Made by a program: the position numbers and the translations under genes. Below the pieces are notes generated by a model. It made no database searches. It had not been told where the DNA came from and saw only the letters and a program-made list of their open reading frames with translations. From Ferrithrix thermotolerans DSM 19514 (GTDB lineage: Bacteria; Actinomycetota; Acidimicrobiia; Acidimicrobiales; Ilumatobacteraceae): a stretch of 60,388 nucleotides of DNA. The stretch covers positions 1 to 60,388 of the forward strand of contig CAMCZA010000001.1 of the NCBI GenBank assembly GCA_945885515.1, in the 5' to 3' direction. This document shows positions 40,365 to 50,170 of this stretch, one piece after another; the first letter of the stretch is position 1, and each line of letters starts with the position of its first letter.

Positions 40365-41042
40365 ATGATTCGTCTAGAAAATGTGACGAAGATTTATGGC
40401 AGTGAGACAGTTGCCGTAAGAGATGCTTCGTTCGACATACCCAAGGGCCAATTCGTGTTTTTGGTCGGGCCATCAGGTTCTGGCAAGTCAACTCTGCTCA
40501 GACTGATAAATCGACAAGAGCAACCCGAGCGCGGAGATGTGTGGGTTGCGGGCCGCAATATCAATGACCTTCCTGCCTCACGGGTGCCAATTTTGCGACG
40601 AAGCATGGGCAATGTTTTTCAGGACTACAAGCTTTTACTGAATAAAACAGTTTTTGAAAATGTCGCTTTTTCTCTTGAGGTGATCGGCAAGCCACGACAT
40701 GTGATTGAGCGCCAAGTGCCTGCCGTTTTAGAGCTTGTTGGTTTGGCTGATAAACAAGGCCGTTTTCCTGAACAGTTGTCGGGTGGCGAGCAACAACGAG
40801 TTTCGATCGCCCGCGCCTTCGTTAATCGCCCATTGATTCTGTTGGCCGACGAGCCGACCGGAAACCTTGACCCAACAACCAGCGAAGGCATCATGGGCTT
40901 GCTCGACAAGATCAACGAAACCGGCACAACAGTAGTAATGGCGACTCATGACCACCGAGTTGTCAATGCAATGCGTCGTCGAGTTATTCAAATGGATCAC
41001 GGAGTTATTGTTCGTGACCAAGAGCGCGGAGTTTACGAGTAA
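40365..41042 (+). CDS. ftsE: Cell-division ABC ATPase FtsE
   Basis: GPSGSGKST and LSGGEQQR motifs. Immediately followed by ftsX. Confidence 0.9.
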   Translation: MIRLENVTKIYGSETVAVRDASFDIPKGQFVFLVGPSGSGKSTLLRLINRQEQPERGDVWVAGRNINDLPASRVPILRRSMGNVFQDYKLLLNKTVFENVAFSLEVIGKPRHVIERQVPAVLELVGLADKQGRFPEQLSGGEQQRVSIARAFVNRPLILLADEPTGNLDPTTSEGIMGLLDKINETGTTVVMATHDHRVVNAMRRRVIQMDHGVIVRDQERGVYE

Positions 41043-41948
41043 ATGTTTTCGCGAATTGGTTATGCGCTGCGTGAAACTTGGGCGAGTTTTCGTCGCAACC
41101 TGACGCTCACTGCTGCGGCGATTTTGACATCTGCTGTTTCGCTTTTGCTCGTGGGTACAACATTTTTGATTCAACGTGCATTCGAGAACTTGCTCGTGCA
41201 ATGGCGCGGAGATGTCGAGATGATCGTGTTCGTACGCAGTGACGCATCTGCGGAGCAAATTGGTTTGATCGATTCCGTGTTGCGGTCAGCACCAACAATT
41301 ATTGATGTAAACAAATTGGCGTATTTGAACAAGACCGAAAGTTACGAAGAAGCAAAGAGGATTTTTGTTGGCGATCCGGTGACGCTGAGCCTGTTGTCGC
41401 CCGAGTCGATCCCGACGCAGTTTAAAGTCGTGCCACTTTCCGATGACCCGCAACTTGTGCGGTCACTGAGCGATCAATACCGAACACTGCCAGGGGTTGA
41501 AGCAGTGGCGCTGGCGGAAGATGAGTTTGAGGTGATCTCAACTCTTTCTAATTTCATTCGTGTCGTAACCTTGGTGATGTCACTTGTGTTGTTGGCAGTT
41601 GCCGTTGGTTTGATTTGGAACACAATTCGCACAGCGATGTTTGCTCGACGACGAGAAATCGAAGTTATGAAACTTGTGGGTGCGACAAACTGGTTCATCC
41701 GAGTGCCATTTATGTTGGAAGGTTTGTTGCAGGGATTACTCGGCGGGGTTGTTTCTTGTGGTGGTCTGTGGGCGTTGAATTCGGCCTGGACAAACGGTGT
41801 TGCCGGATTTAAACCTGGTACGGGTATCAGTTCGTTGATCGTTCCAAGTAGTTATTTGACTTCGGTAATGTTGATTCTTCTCGGCATCGGTGCAGTAGTC
41901 GGGGCTGTCGGCTCTGCGATTGCAGCAACGCGCTTTCTTGATGTTTAA
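41043..41948 (+). CDS. ftsX: Cell-division permease-like protein FtsX
   Basis: TM1, an extracytoplasmic domain and three C-terminal TM segments. The start abuts the ftsE stop. Confidence 0.9.
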   Translation: MFSRIGYALRETWASFRRNLTLTAAAILTSAVSLLLVGTTFLIQRAFENLLVQWRGDVEMIVFVRSDASAEQIGLIDSVLRSAPTIIDVNKLAYLNKTESYEEAKRIFVGDPVTLSLLSPESIPTQFKVVPLSDDPQLVRSLSDQYRTLPGVEAVALAEDEFEVISTLSNFIRVVTLVMSLVLLAVAVGLIWNTIRTAMFARRREIEVMKLVGATNWFIRVPFMLEGLLQGLLGGVVSCGGLWALNSAWTNGVAGFKPGTGISSLIVPSSYLTSVMLILLGIGAVVGAVGSAIAATRFLDV

Positions 41949-41956
41949 ATAATCTC

Positions 41957-42829
41957 ATGGCAGATACGAACGAGTTTTCGCAAATTCAATACAGCGTCAG
42001 TGAGAACATCGCAACGATCACACTTAATCGTCCAGAAAAGTTGAACGCGTTTACAAACAAAATGTTGCATGAAATTATTGCCGCGTTTGATTTGACTGAC
42101 GCAGACGATTCTGTTCGCGCCGTAATTATGACGGGTGCCGGACGTGCTTTTTGTGCGGGTGCAGATCTTTCTTCTGGTGGAGAAACTTTCAGTCGCGGGG
42201 GTAGTGATGTGCAAGGTGTGCGCGGTGTCCCGCGTGATGGTGGTGGGCTTGTTTCGCTGCGAATTTTTAATAGTAAGAAGCCCGTGATTGGCGCAATCAA
42301 CGGCCCAGCCGTCGGAGTCGGTGTGACAATGACTTTGCCAATGGACATTCGCTTGGCCAGCAACACATCAAAGTTTGGTTTCGTATTCACGCGTCGCGGA
42401 ATTGTGACTGAGGCGTGTTCGTCTTGGTTTTTGCCGCGTGTAGTGGGTATCTCTCGAGCAACAGAGTGGGTTTTTACCGGACGCATGGTCAGCCCTGATG
42501 AAGCCAAAGAGTCTGGGCTAGTGCGAAGTGTTCATGCGCCGCAAGATTTGCTGGTTGCTGCCCGCGCGATTGCATCCGAAATTGCCTTAAATACTGCACC
42601 AGTGTCAGTATCGATGTCACGACAAATGTTGTGGCGGATGCTCGGGGCATCTCATCCAATGGAGGCTCATCGTGCAGAATCGCGGGGCATAATGCAGCGC
42701 GGAAACTCTGCTGATGCTCGCGAAGGTGTTACTAGTTTTCTAGAAAAGCGCGCTGCGAATTTTACGATGAAGGTTTCGAGTGATATGCCGGAGATTTTTC
42801 CAGAATGGCAAGATCCTGAGTTCAAGTAA
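41957..42829 (+). CDS. Enoyl-CoA hydratase/isomerase (crotonase) family protein
   Basis: ITLNRPEKLNAF and GAGRAFCAGADL. Confidence 0.8.
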   Translation: MADTNEFSQIQYSVSENIATITLNRPEKLNAFTNKMLHEIIAAFDLTDADDSVRAVIMTGAGRAFCAGADLSSGGETFSRGGSDVQGVRGVPRDGGGLVSLRIFNSKKPVIGAINGPAVGVGVTMTLPMDIRLASNTSKFGFVFTRRGIVTEACSSWFLPRVVGISRATEWVFTGRMVSPDEAKESGLVRSVHAPQDLLVAARAIASEIALNTAPVSVSMSRQMLWRMLGASHPMEAHRAESRGIMQRGNSADAREGVTSFLEKRAANFTMKVSSDMPEIFPEWQDPEFK

Positions 42830-43232
42830 TTCGCTGTTCGAACGCGTTGGTGGTCTGCCTTTCTTCGAACGGCTGGTTGATCGTTTTTATGAAGGGGTCG
42901 CAGTTGATCCGGTGTTAATAGTTTTGTACGCAGAACCAAATGATTTAGAAAAGTCGCGGCTTCATCTCACTTGGTTTCTCGCGCAATATTGGGGTGGACC
43001 ACCGATGTTTAACGAAAATCGGGGTGATCCAAAATTGCGAATGCGACATATGCCTTTTCGAATCGGTCCTGTTGAGCGCGACCAATGGTTGCTCCACATG
43101 TTGGCAGCAGTGAATGAATTGTCTAGTGACGATCTAATTCGTGGCGAACTCACAGACTATTTCGTCAAGGCTGCCGAGCATTTGCGTAACGACACCGGGT
43201 TACCCATTTCGTCGGCAGATTATCCGCGCTAA
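42780..43232 (+). CDS. glbO: Group II truncated haemoglobin (trHbO); start uncertain (GTG 42780 would overlap the crotonase gene by 50 nt)
   Basis: LFERVGGLPFFERLVDRFYEGVAVDPVL, and proximal-His region LRMRHMPFRI. Confidence 0.75.
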   Translation: MICRRFFQNGKILSSSNSLFERVGGLPFFERLVDRFYEGVAVDPVLIVLYAEPNDLEKSRLHLTWFLAQYWGGPPMFNENRGDPKLRMRHMPFRIGPVERDQWLLHMLAAVNELSSDDLIRGELTDYFVKAAEHLRNDTGLPISSADYPR

Positions 43233-43245
43233 CGCAAATTAGCGC
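43226..43245. other. 7-bp hairpin GCGCTAA-cgcaaa-TTAGCGC spanning both stop codons of the convergent glbO and trmH-like genes; possible weak bidirectional terminator, no U-tract
   Basis: Direct reading. TAA at 43230-43232 and the complementary TAA at 43239-43241 lie in the two stem arms. Confidence 0.25.
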
Positions 43246-44042
43246 AGTGCGTAACAAGCAATTGCCGCCGCTGCGGCAACATTCAGTGAGTCAACCGCCA
43301 AATCCATTTCAATTCGTACTTGAAAGTCAGCAGCCTCAAGTGCTTGGTGGCTGAGTCCGGCCCGCTCCGAGCCAAACACGAGTGCTCGTGGCGTATTTTG
43401 CTGGAGCAAAACTTTGGTTAGATCAGTCGCCGAATTATTGGGGGTGAGTGCAAGAACCGTGTAACCGCGGTTGCGCAAAGTTTTTAAGGTTTCAGAGATG
43501 TCGTTGCTTCGGGCGAATCGAAGATTAAATGCTGCACCCATTGAGACTCGAAGCGCTCGCCGAGACAACGGGTCGGCGCTGGTGGTGTCGCAGATCAAAC
43601 CATTCCACCCCAGCCCGGTCGCACATCGCACGATTGCACCGATGTTGCTTGGGTTGTCGATTGCCTCAGCAACAATCACCCGATTCGCATCTGCAAGAAC
43701 CTCGTCTTGCGTCAGCGGAGTTGGGCGAAAAAAAACTCCAAGCGCACTAAGTGGCACACCGAGTCCTGTTGCTTCACGTCGAATATCAATGTCGGCAGTC
43801 AGGCACTCTCCGCCCAAAGTTTGAATATCTTTGGCGAAACGATTGGCTTGTTCGTTGTCGCACAGAACAACTTCTGGTTTGTAACCTGCTGCAAGTGCTC
43901 GGGCAACCACTAAATCACCTTCTGCGATAAATCGCCCCGCGGCGAGTGTTGATCGACGCTGGGCAATTGTCGTAAGTTGCCGCTCACCCAGTCGTAACGG
44001 GTCAAGTCGTGGATCTTGACTAGAGGTGACAGTTGTAATCAT
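43239..44042 (-). CDS. TrmH/SpoU family RNA 2'-O-methyltransferase
   Basis: SPOUT C-terminal motifs (GSERAGLS, LNVAAAAAIACY). Confidence 0.8.
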   Translation of the reverse strand: MITTVTSSQDPRLDPLRLGERQLTTIAQRRSTLAAGRFIAEGDLVVARALAAGYKPEVVLCDNEQANRFAKDIQTLGGECLTADIDIRREATGLGVPLSALGVFFRPTPLTQDEVLADANRVIVAEAIDNPSNIGAIVRCATGLGWNGLICDTTSADPLSRRALRVSMGAAFNLRFARSNDISETLKTLRNRGYTVLALTPNNSATDLTKVLLQQNTPRALVFGSERAGLSHQALEAADFQVRIEMDLAVDSLNVAAAAAIACYALR

Positions 44043-44066
44043 TGCGATGCAAACTAGTTCGCAAAT

Positions 44067-44969
44067 TTAGAAATGCCAGGGAAATTCAGACCAATCAGCG
44101 TCGCGCTTTTCAAGAAATGAATCGCGACCTTCGGTTGCTTCGGTTGTCATGTATGCAAGTCGGGTTGCTTCACCGGCAAAAATTTGTTGACCGATAAGTC
44201 CGTCGTCGATCGCATTGAATGCGAACTTGAGCATCCGTTGAGCCATTGGACTCTTGGCATTTATTTCGCCAGCCCACTCAAGTGCAACTTTCTCCAGATC
44301 GGCGTGGGGTACGACTGCGTTAACCATCCCCATTCGGTGGGCGTCATCTGCCGAATACTCGCGTCCAAGAAAGAAAATTTCGCGTGCGAACTTCTGGCCG
44401 ACTTGTTTGGCAAGATATGCCGAACCGAAGCCACCATCAAAACTTGCAACATCTGCATCGGTTTGTTTAAACCTTGCGTGTTCTTTGCTTGCCAAAGTTA
44501 AATCGCTGACAACATGCAAACTATGTCCGCCACCTGCCGCCCAACCTGGAACGACGCAGATAACAACTTTTGGCATAAAACGTATTAACCGCTGAACTTC
44601 AAGAATGTGCAATCGACCAGTACTCGCACTATTTTTATTTTCATCGCCATCACCATCTTCGTATTTGTAGCCGTCAGTGCCGCGAATTCGTTGATCGCCA
44701 CCACTGCAAAATGCCCAACCTCCATCTTTTGGTGATGGCCCGTTGCCGGTTAACAGAACACATCCAACATCGGTTGTTTGTCGAGCATGATCAAGTGCGC
44801 GATACAACTCGTCGACGGTGTTTGGTCGAAATGCGTTGCGAACTTCGGGGCGGTTAAACGCAACTCTTACCGTGCCGTGCGCCTTGGCGCGGTGGTAAGT
44901 GATATCGCGAAATGAAAAACCCTGAACTTGTGTCCACTGGGTTTGATCAAAAATTGTAGAAACGCTCAC
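44067..44969 (-). CDS. menB: 1,4-dihydroxy-2-naphthoyl-CoA synthase
   Basis: VRVAFNRPEVRNAF, FCSGGDQR, PGWAAGGGHSLHVV, and the characteristic C-terminal tail. Confidence 0.9.
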   Translation of the reverse strand: MSVSTIFDQTQWTQVQGFSFRDITYHRAKAHGTVRVAFNRPEVRNAFRPNTVDELYRALDHARQTTDVGCVLLTGNGPSPKDGGWAFCSGGDQRIRGTDGYKYEDGDGDENKNSASTGRLHILEVQRLIRFMPKVVICVVPGWAAGGGHSLHVVSDLTLASKEHARFKQTDADVASFDGGFGSAYLAKQVGQKFAREIFFLGREYSADDAHRMGMVNAVVPHADLEKVALEWAGEINAKSPMAQRMLKFAFNAIDDGLIGQQIFAGEATRLAYMTTEATEGRDSFLEKRDADWSEFPWHF

Positions 44970-45832
44970 CGTTCTATTGTGGCAGCGCGAGACTCAAATT
45001 CGGGTCGTGCATCTAGAAATTTGCGCTCCCATTGAGCACTTGCATCATCAGACTGGCGTTTGGTTTGAGGGGCAGGCACAGTTTCTATTGGAGTATCGAT
45101 GTGGCTCATTATTCGACGAACAGTGACATCCATGTCTCGGGTCAGTTGCTCGTAAGTGACATGTAACGGGACTATTTGATGTTCTGAGAAGTACTTGTCC
45201 CAACTTAGATTTGCATTCTGAATTGTTTGCAGGGCTGCAACGATTTCTTGCTCACTATAAATTGGTTCGGAACGAGCCGACATGTTGCTGTTCCATTGGT
45301 TTGATTGCTCGGCGCGAACCAATGAAATTGCTTGGCGCACTTCGTTATCGCGCGAGATTCGCACCCATTTGATCGGTGCATTCCAATGGTCGGCTGTTAG
45401 CCCGCGTTGCAACATATGTTCGTCGTATTGGTTCCAGTGCATTTTGATTCCGAACACGCCATTTGGCGTCGTGTTCAATTCGGCCGCACAATTTAGATAT
45501 GAACGCCATGACGAGTCTGAAAAATAGTCAATATTGCGCCACGCACTACGCCTCAACAGTCTGCGCAACGAACCGATGACTTTGCCCCGTGTGTTGAGCT
45601 TGGGTAACCCATTTTCATTGCGAAAGTTCGTGAAATTCTTGGTGTGAATATTTAGGTACTCCATTGGCATGCCAGCCATTCCGGTGGCGCGAAGAATCGA
45701 ACACAGAAGTGTTGATCCAGTTCGATGCACAGATGCGATTGCCAACAAGCATGTTGTCTCTGTTTGGTTCGCTTGTGATACTGGCACGGCTATATTCTGG
45801 CAGGTCGCACTGATAGCGTCGTGGCTTGACAA
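44966..45832 (-). CDS. Stf0-like (trehalose 2-sulfotransferase family) sulfotransferase; TTG start uncertain
   Basis: PAPS 5'-phosphosulfate-binding loop HRTGSTLL. The size and overall pattern fit the Stf0 family. Its stop overlaps the menB GTG (GTGA). Confidence 0.6.
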   Translation of the reverse strand: MSSHDAISATCQNIAVPVSQANQTETTCLLAIASVHRTGSTLLCSILRATGMAGMPMEYLNIHTKNFTNFRNENGLPKLNTRGKVIGSLRRLLRRSAWRNIDYFSDSSWRSYLNCAAELNTTPNGVFGIKMHWNQYDEHMLQRGLTADHWNAPIKWVRISRDNEVRQAISLVRAEQSNQWNSNMSARSEPIYSEQEIVAALQTIQNANLSWDKYFSEHQIVPLHVTYEQLTRDMDVTVRRIMSHIDTPIETVPAPQTKRQSDDASAQWERKFLDARPEFESRAATIER

Positions 45833-45860
45833 TAAGACGAGAAAGTAATGGAGTGAAAAG

Positions 45861-47357
45861 ATGACCGACCTACTCAGCCGTGAAGAGTGGATAAAACGCT
45901 CATCTCAAAAAGTTGCCCGCACCAAACTATTCATCGATGGCAAATTTGTAGACGCCGCGAGTGGCAAGACTTTTGAATCAATTAATCCTCGAGATAATTC
46001 TGTTGTTGCAAATGTCGCTGAAGGTGACTCGGTAGATATCGACCGCGCAGTTGCGGCAGCAAGAAAAAGTTTTACTTCTGGCGTTTGGAGCGAAATGGCG
46101 CCAGTTGATCGCAAAAATATTATGTTGCGTTGGGCGCAATTGTTGCGTGACAATGTAAATGAACTTGCGTTGCTCGAGACGATGGATGTTGGCAAACCGA
46201 TTGGCGATTCAGTGAATGTAGATATGGCGTCTGCTGCGGGCAACTTGCAATGGTTCGCCGAGACGATCGACAAAATGTACGGGCAGATTGCGCCGGTTCC
46301 GCGTGATGCGTTAGCGCTTATCGAAAGAGAGCCACTCGGTGTTGTCGGTGCTGTTGTGCCGTGGAACTATCCGTTAATTATTTCTTCATGGAAGGTTGGT
46401 GCTGCGCTGGCTGCCGGAAACTCAGTTGTCTTAAAGCCTGCCGAGCAGTCGCCGTTGTCGGCATTATTTTTTGCCGAACTTGGTGTGCAAGCTGGTTTAC
46501 CTGAGGGCGTATTCAATGTTGTGCCGGGTTACGGACCAACGGCAGGTGCGGCACTCGGTCTGCACATGGATGTTGACAAACTTGCGTTTACTGGTTCGAC
46601 AGAAGTCGGACGATATTTTTTGAAATATGCCGCCGAGAGTAATGGCAAATCAGTTTCACTCGAACTGGGTGGCAAGACTCCACAAATTGTTTTGAGTGAT
46701 TGCTCTGATCTTGATGCGGCAGCATCGGCAATTGCGTGGGGAGTGTTTTATAACTCAGGGCAAACATGTCACGCAGGAACTCGCTTAGTTGTCGAAAAAT
46801 CAGTTGAAGACGAACTCTTGGAGAAAATTGTAAAAGTCGGCGAGACAATTCAACCAGGTGATCCATATGATCCAAAAACTGCAATGGGAACGATTGTCGA
46901 TAAAACACAGTTTGATCGGGTGCTTAATTACATCGACATCGGCAAGCAAGAAGGTGCAAAAGTTTTCTCAGGTGGCAGTCGTGTTGAGCCGGTCAAAGGT
47001 GGCGTGTTCATTCCACCAACTGTGTTTAGAGATGTAAAGCCTGGAATGCGGATTGAATGCGAAGAAATCTTTGGTCCAGTATTGGTTTCTGTTGCTGTGC
47101 AAAGTGCCGATGAGGCAGTGCATGTCGCCAACGACACTCAATATGGTTTGGCGTCATCAATTTGGACTCGAGACATCACAAAAGCTCACCGAATTGCTCG
47201 CAAGTTGCGAACCGGCACTGTTTGGGTTAATACTTTCGATAAGGGTTCAATCACGACACCGTTTGGCGGATTCAAACAATCTGGCACTGGTCGTGATCGT
47301 TCGATGTATTCAATAGAGGGATACACAAACCTTAAGACGACTTGGATTCAATTATGA
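45861..47357 (+). CDS. NAD(P)+-dependent aldehyde dehydrogenase
   Basis: FTGSTEVGR, LELGGK (catalytic Glu), GQTCHAGTR (catalytic Cys) and EEIFGPV. Confidence 0.9.
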   Translation: MTDLLSREEWIKRSSQKVARTKLFIDGKFVDAASGKTFESINPRDNSVVANVAEGDSVDIDRAVAAARKSFTSGVWSEMAPVDRKNIMLRWAQLLRDNVNELALLETMDVGKPIGDSVNVDMASAAGNLQWFAETIDKMYGQIAPVPRDALALIEREPLGVVGAVVPWNYPLIISSWKVGAALAAGNSVVLKPAEQSPLSALFFAELGVQAGLPEGVFNVVPGYGPTAGAALGLHMDVDKLAFTGSTEVGRYFLKYAAESNGKSVSLELGGKTPQIVLSDCSDLDAAASAIAWGVFYNSGQTCHAGTRLVVEKSVEDELLEKIVKVGETIQPGDPYDPKTAMGTIVDKTQFDRVLNYIDIGKQEGAKVFSGGSRVEPVKGGVFIPPTVFRDVKPGMRIECEEIFGPVLVSVAVQSADEAVHVANDTQYGLASSIWTRDITKAHRIARKLRTGTVWVNTFDKGSITTPFGGFKQSGTGRDRSMYSIEGYTNLKTTWIQL

Positions 47358-48292
47358 GCAAAACTATGAACACAGTTACGCCACGCAATTGCGGTTTCAT
47401 TGGCCTTGGTCACCTTGGTGTTTATTTGGCAGCGAGCTTGATTCGCGCCGGACACAATGTCACGATTCACGATTTAAACAAATCTCTTGGTGACGGGCTG
47501 GTCGCCAAGGGTGCAAAGTGGGCGAACTCGTCGCGTGAAGTAGCGCAAGCCTGTGATGTCGTGTTCACTTGTCTGCCATCGCCCCGTGCAATCGACGCTG
47601 TAGTCAACGGTGAAAACGGTGTGCTCGCTGGTCTTGCCAAGGGTGGGACATGGGTTGATATGAGCACGAATGATCGCAGTGAAACTTTGCGCCTCGGAGA
47701 AATCGCTGCGAAGTTGGGCATCAGCACACTTGAGTCGCCGGTAACTGGCGGCGTGCATAAAGCAGCCGAAGGCGACATCACGGTTTTGGTGGGTGGCGAC
47801 GAAAAGATTTTCGCGGCCCATAAAGATTTGCTTGAGGCGATGGGCAAGCCCGTTATTTATGTTGGCGAACTTGGCAGTGCTGCAGTTATCAAAGTGATCA
47901 CGAACATGTTGGCGTTCATTCATCTCGTGGCATGTGGTGAAGCACTGATGCTCGCCAAAAAAGGCGGAATTGATTTGGGCGTTGCGTATGAAGTCATCAA
48001 AAACAGTTCGGGCAATAGCTTTGTCCATGAAACCGAAGGTCAAGTTATTCTCAACGGAAGTTACGACATCGGCTTCACGATGGATCTTGCGCTTAAAGAC
48101 ATGGGATTCGCGATGGAGTACGGTCGGAAGTTTGGTGTGCCACTAGATGTGGCAAGCACAGTTCAACAAGCATTTGTGCGCGCCAAATCGCAATACGGCG
48201 GTGAAGTGTGGTCGACTCAAGTCGTCAAACTTCTTGAAGATGCGCTCGGCACAGATCTGCGCGCACCGGGGTTTCCTGCCAGGTTGCAATAA
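47354..48292 (+). CDS. 3-hydroxyisobutyrate dehydrogenase family NAD(P)-dependent oxidoreductase
   Basis: GFIGLGHLGVYLA Rossmann motif. ATGA overlap with the ALDH stop. The ORF track extends the frame back to 47342. Confidence 0.8.
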   Translation: MSKTMNTVTPRNCGFIGLGHLGVYLAASLIRAGHNVTIHDLNKSLGDGLVAKGAKWANSSREVAQACDVVFTCLPSPRAIDAVVNGENGVLAGLAKGGTWVDMSTNDRSETLRLGEIAAKLGISTLESPVTGGVHKAAEGDITVLVGGDEKIFAAHKDLLEAMGKPVIYVGELGSAAVIKVITNMLAFIHLVACGEALMLAKKGGIDLGVAYEVIKNSSGNSFVHETEGQVILNGSYDIGFTMDLALKDMGFAMEYGRKFGVPLDVASTVQQAFVRAKSQYGGEVWSTQVVKLLEDALGTDLRAPGFPARLQ

Positions 48293-48302
48293 GATTTAGA
48301 GA

Positions 48303-49037
48303 ATGAACACAGAGCAGTCTGCTCGACGCGATCTTGCAGTTGCATTTCGCTTCGCAGCAAGACTCAATATTCACGAGGCAACAGCGAACCATTTCAGCGT
48401 CGTTGCTTCGCAAGACTCGAATGACTTTTTAATTAACCCGGCGGGTCGACACTTTTCGCTCGTGCGGGCAAGTGATCTCATATTGATTGATCTGAATGCA
48501 AAAAGCTTTGGCATCGCCGAAAATCAATTAGTTGACCCAACGGCGATAAATCTGCATGGCCAGTTGCATAAACTTTTGCCACATGCCAAGTGCATTTTGC
48601 ACACTCACATGCCTTATACAACTGCTCTGGCGTGCCTGCGCGATTTTGAATTCTTAATGTTGGACCAAAATGCGTGTCGTTTTTATCAACGCATCGCCTA
48701 TGACCGCGACTATGCAGGAATGGCTCTCGAGCAAAGTGAGGGTGAGCGGGTTGCAAAAATCATGAGTAAATCAAAGAGCGTATTATTTCTAGCCAATCAC
48801 GGCGTGATAGTTGTCGGCAACTCGGTGGCTGAAGCATTTGATGAGTTGTACTATTTAGAAAAAGCAGCACAGTTGCAGGTGCTGGCGCTTTCAACGGGTC
48901 GTGAACTATCGATCATCGAAGACGAAATAGCAGCTTTGGTTTGTAAACAATGGCTAGAGTATCCAAAGTCCGCAGAGCATCACTTTGCGGCCTTGATTGA
49001 GATTCTTGATCAACAATCCCCTGAATACAAAAACTGA
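48303..49037 (+). CDS. Class II aldolase/adducin-domain protein
   Basis: 244 aa. Metal-site histidines in ILHTHMPYTTAL and a later NHG. Confidence 0.75.
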   Translation: MNTEQSARRDLAVAFRFAARLNIHEATANHFSVVASQDSNDFLINPAGRHFSLVRASDLILIDLNAKSFGIAENQLVDPTAINLHGQLHKLLPHAKCILHTHMPYTTALACLRDFEFLMLDQNACRFYQRIAYDRDYAGMALEQSEGERVAKIMSKSKSVLFLANHGVIVVGNSVAEAFDELYYLEKAAQLQVLALSTGRELSIIEDEIAALVCKQWLEYPKSAEHHFAALIEILDQQSPEYKN

Positions 49038-49057
49038 ATACTTGAAAGGCAAGAGAA

Positions 49058-50137
49058 ATGAAAGCTGCAGTCTGTCGCGAGTTTGGCAAGCCACTTGTAA
49101 TTGAAGAAGTCACATTAGCTAAACCGCAGGCAGGTGAGCTACGAATAAAAATTTTGGCGACGGCTATTTGCCACAGTGATATTTCCTACGCCGATGGTGC
49201 GTGGGGTGGAACCTTGCCGGCAATTTTTGGCCATGAAAGCGTAGGCATTGTTGAAGAAATTGGCGCTGGTGTAACTCATGTAAAAGTTGGCGACCAAGTC
49301 GTCGTGACCCTGATTCGTTCATGCGGCCATTGTCGGGGTTGCTCTCGTGGAATGCCGGTTACTTGTGAGACTTCGTTTCCGCTTGACGCCAAGAGCCCGC
49401 TTACTTCAAAATCAGGTGAGTCGATTGTTCAAGCAATGCGCACGGGCAGTTTTGCCGAGTATGTCGTTGTTGAAAGTTCGCAAGTTGTCGTTATCTCGAA
49501 AGATATTAAAGCCGCGAGTGGATCGCTACTTGCATGTGGTGTGATCACAGGTTTTGGGGCGGTTACGAATACCGCAAAAGTTGAAGCCGGGAGTCATGTT
49601 GTCGTAATTGGTGCAGGTGGAGTCGGGCTCAACTCGGTGCAGGGCGCACGCATCAGTGGTGCACGATCAATTATTGCTGTTGACTTGTCGGATACAAAAA
49701 TCGAAGCGGCTAAAAGCTTCGGCGCAACTCACGGCATTAACTCCGGCAAAGAAGATGTTGCAAAGCGCGTTTTGAGCATTACCGATGGTCGTGGTGCTGA
49801 TTATGTATTCGTAACGGTTGGCGCCAAGCAAGCATTCGACTCGTCGTATGGTTTGCTCGCCAAATCTGGCACGGTCGTTTTGGTTGGTATGCCTGCCAAC
49901 GGTGTGATGTCAGAGATCGACCCAGGAACGATGGCGGCATATAGCCAAAATATTCTTGGCTCAAAAATGGGCTCAGCACGTATTCAGGTCGATATCCCGA
50001 ACTTGATTTCGCTATACGAGCAAGGTCGACTCAAACTAGATGAACTAGTGACCAAGACTTATAAGTTAGAAGAAATCAATGAAGCAATTGCTGCTGTCAA
50101 GCGTGGCGATGCATTACGAAATGTGATTGTTTTCTAG
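49058..50137 (+). CDS. Zinc-dependent alcohol dehydrogenase (class III-like MDR)
   Basis: CHSD, GHESVG, structural-zinc CGHCRGCSRG, and GAGGVGL. Confidence 0.85.
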   Translation: MKAAVCREFGKPLVIEEVTLAKPQAGELRIKILATAICHSDISYADGAWGGTLPAIFGHESVGIVEEIGAGVTHVKVGDQVVVTLIRSCGHCRGCSRGMPVTCETSFPLDAKSPLTSKSGESIVQAMRTGSFAEYVVVESSQVVVISKDIKAASGSLLACGVITGFGAVTNTAKVEAGSHVVVIGAGGVGLNSVQGARISGARSIIAVDLSDTKIEAAKSFGATHGINSGKEDVAKRVLSITDGRGADYVFVTVGAKQAFDSSYGLLAKSGTVVLVGMPANGVMSEIDPGTMAAYSQNILGSKMGSARIQVDIPNLISLYEQGRLKLDELVTKTYKLEEINEAIAAVKRGDALRNVIVF

Positions 50138-50170
50138 AGATATAAGAAACATAAATAGATCGGCGGGGTC

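Noticed and set aside
41986-42507. Long antisense ORFs (for example 41986-42507, 40728-41258, 22516-22962, 47474-48043, 3091-3618, all on the minus strand)
   Set aside because: Each lies entirely opposite a well-supported gene with clear motifs. Their translations are low-complexity and Arg/Ser/Pro-rich, which is typical of shadow frames.
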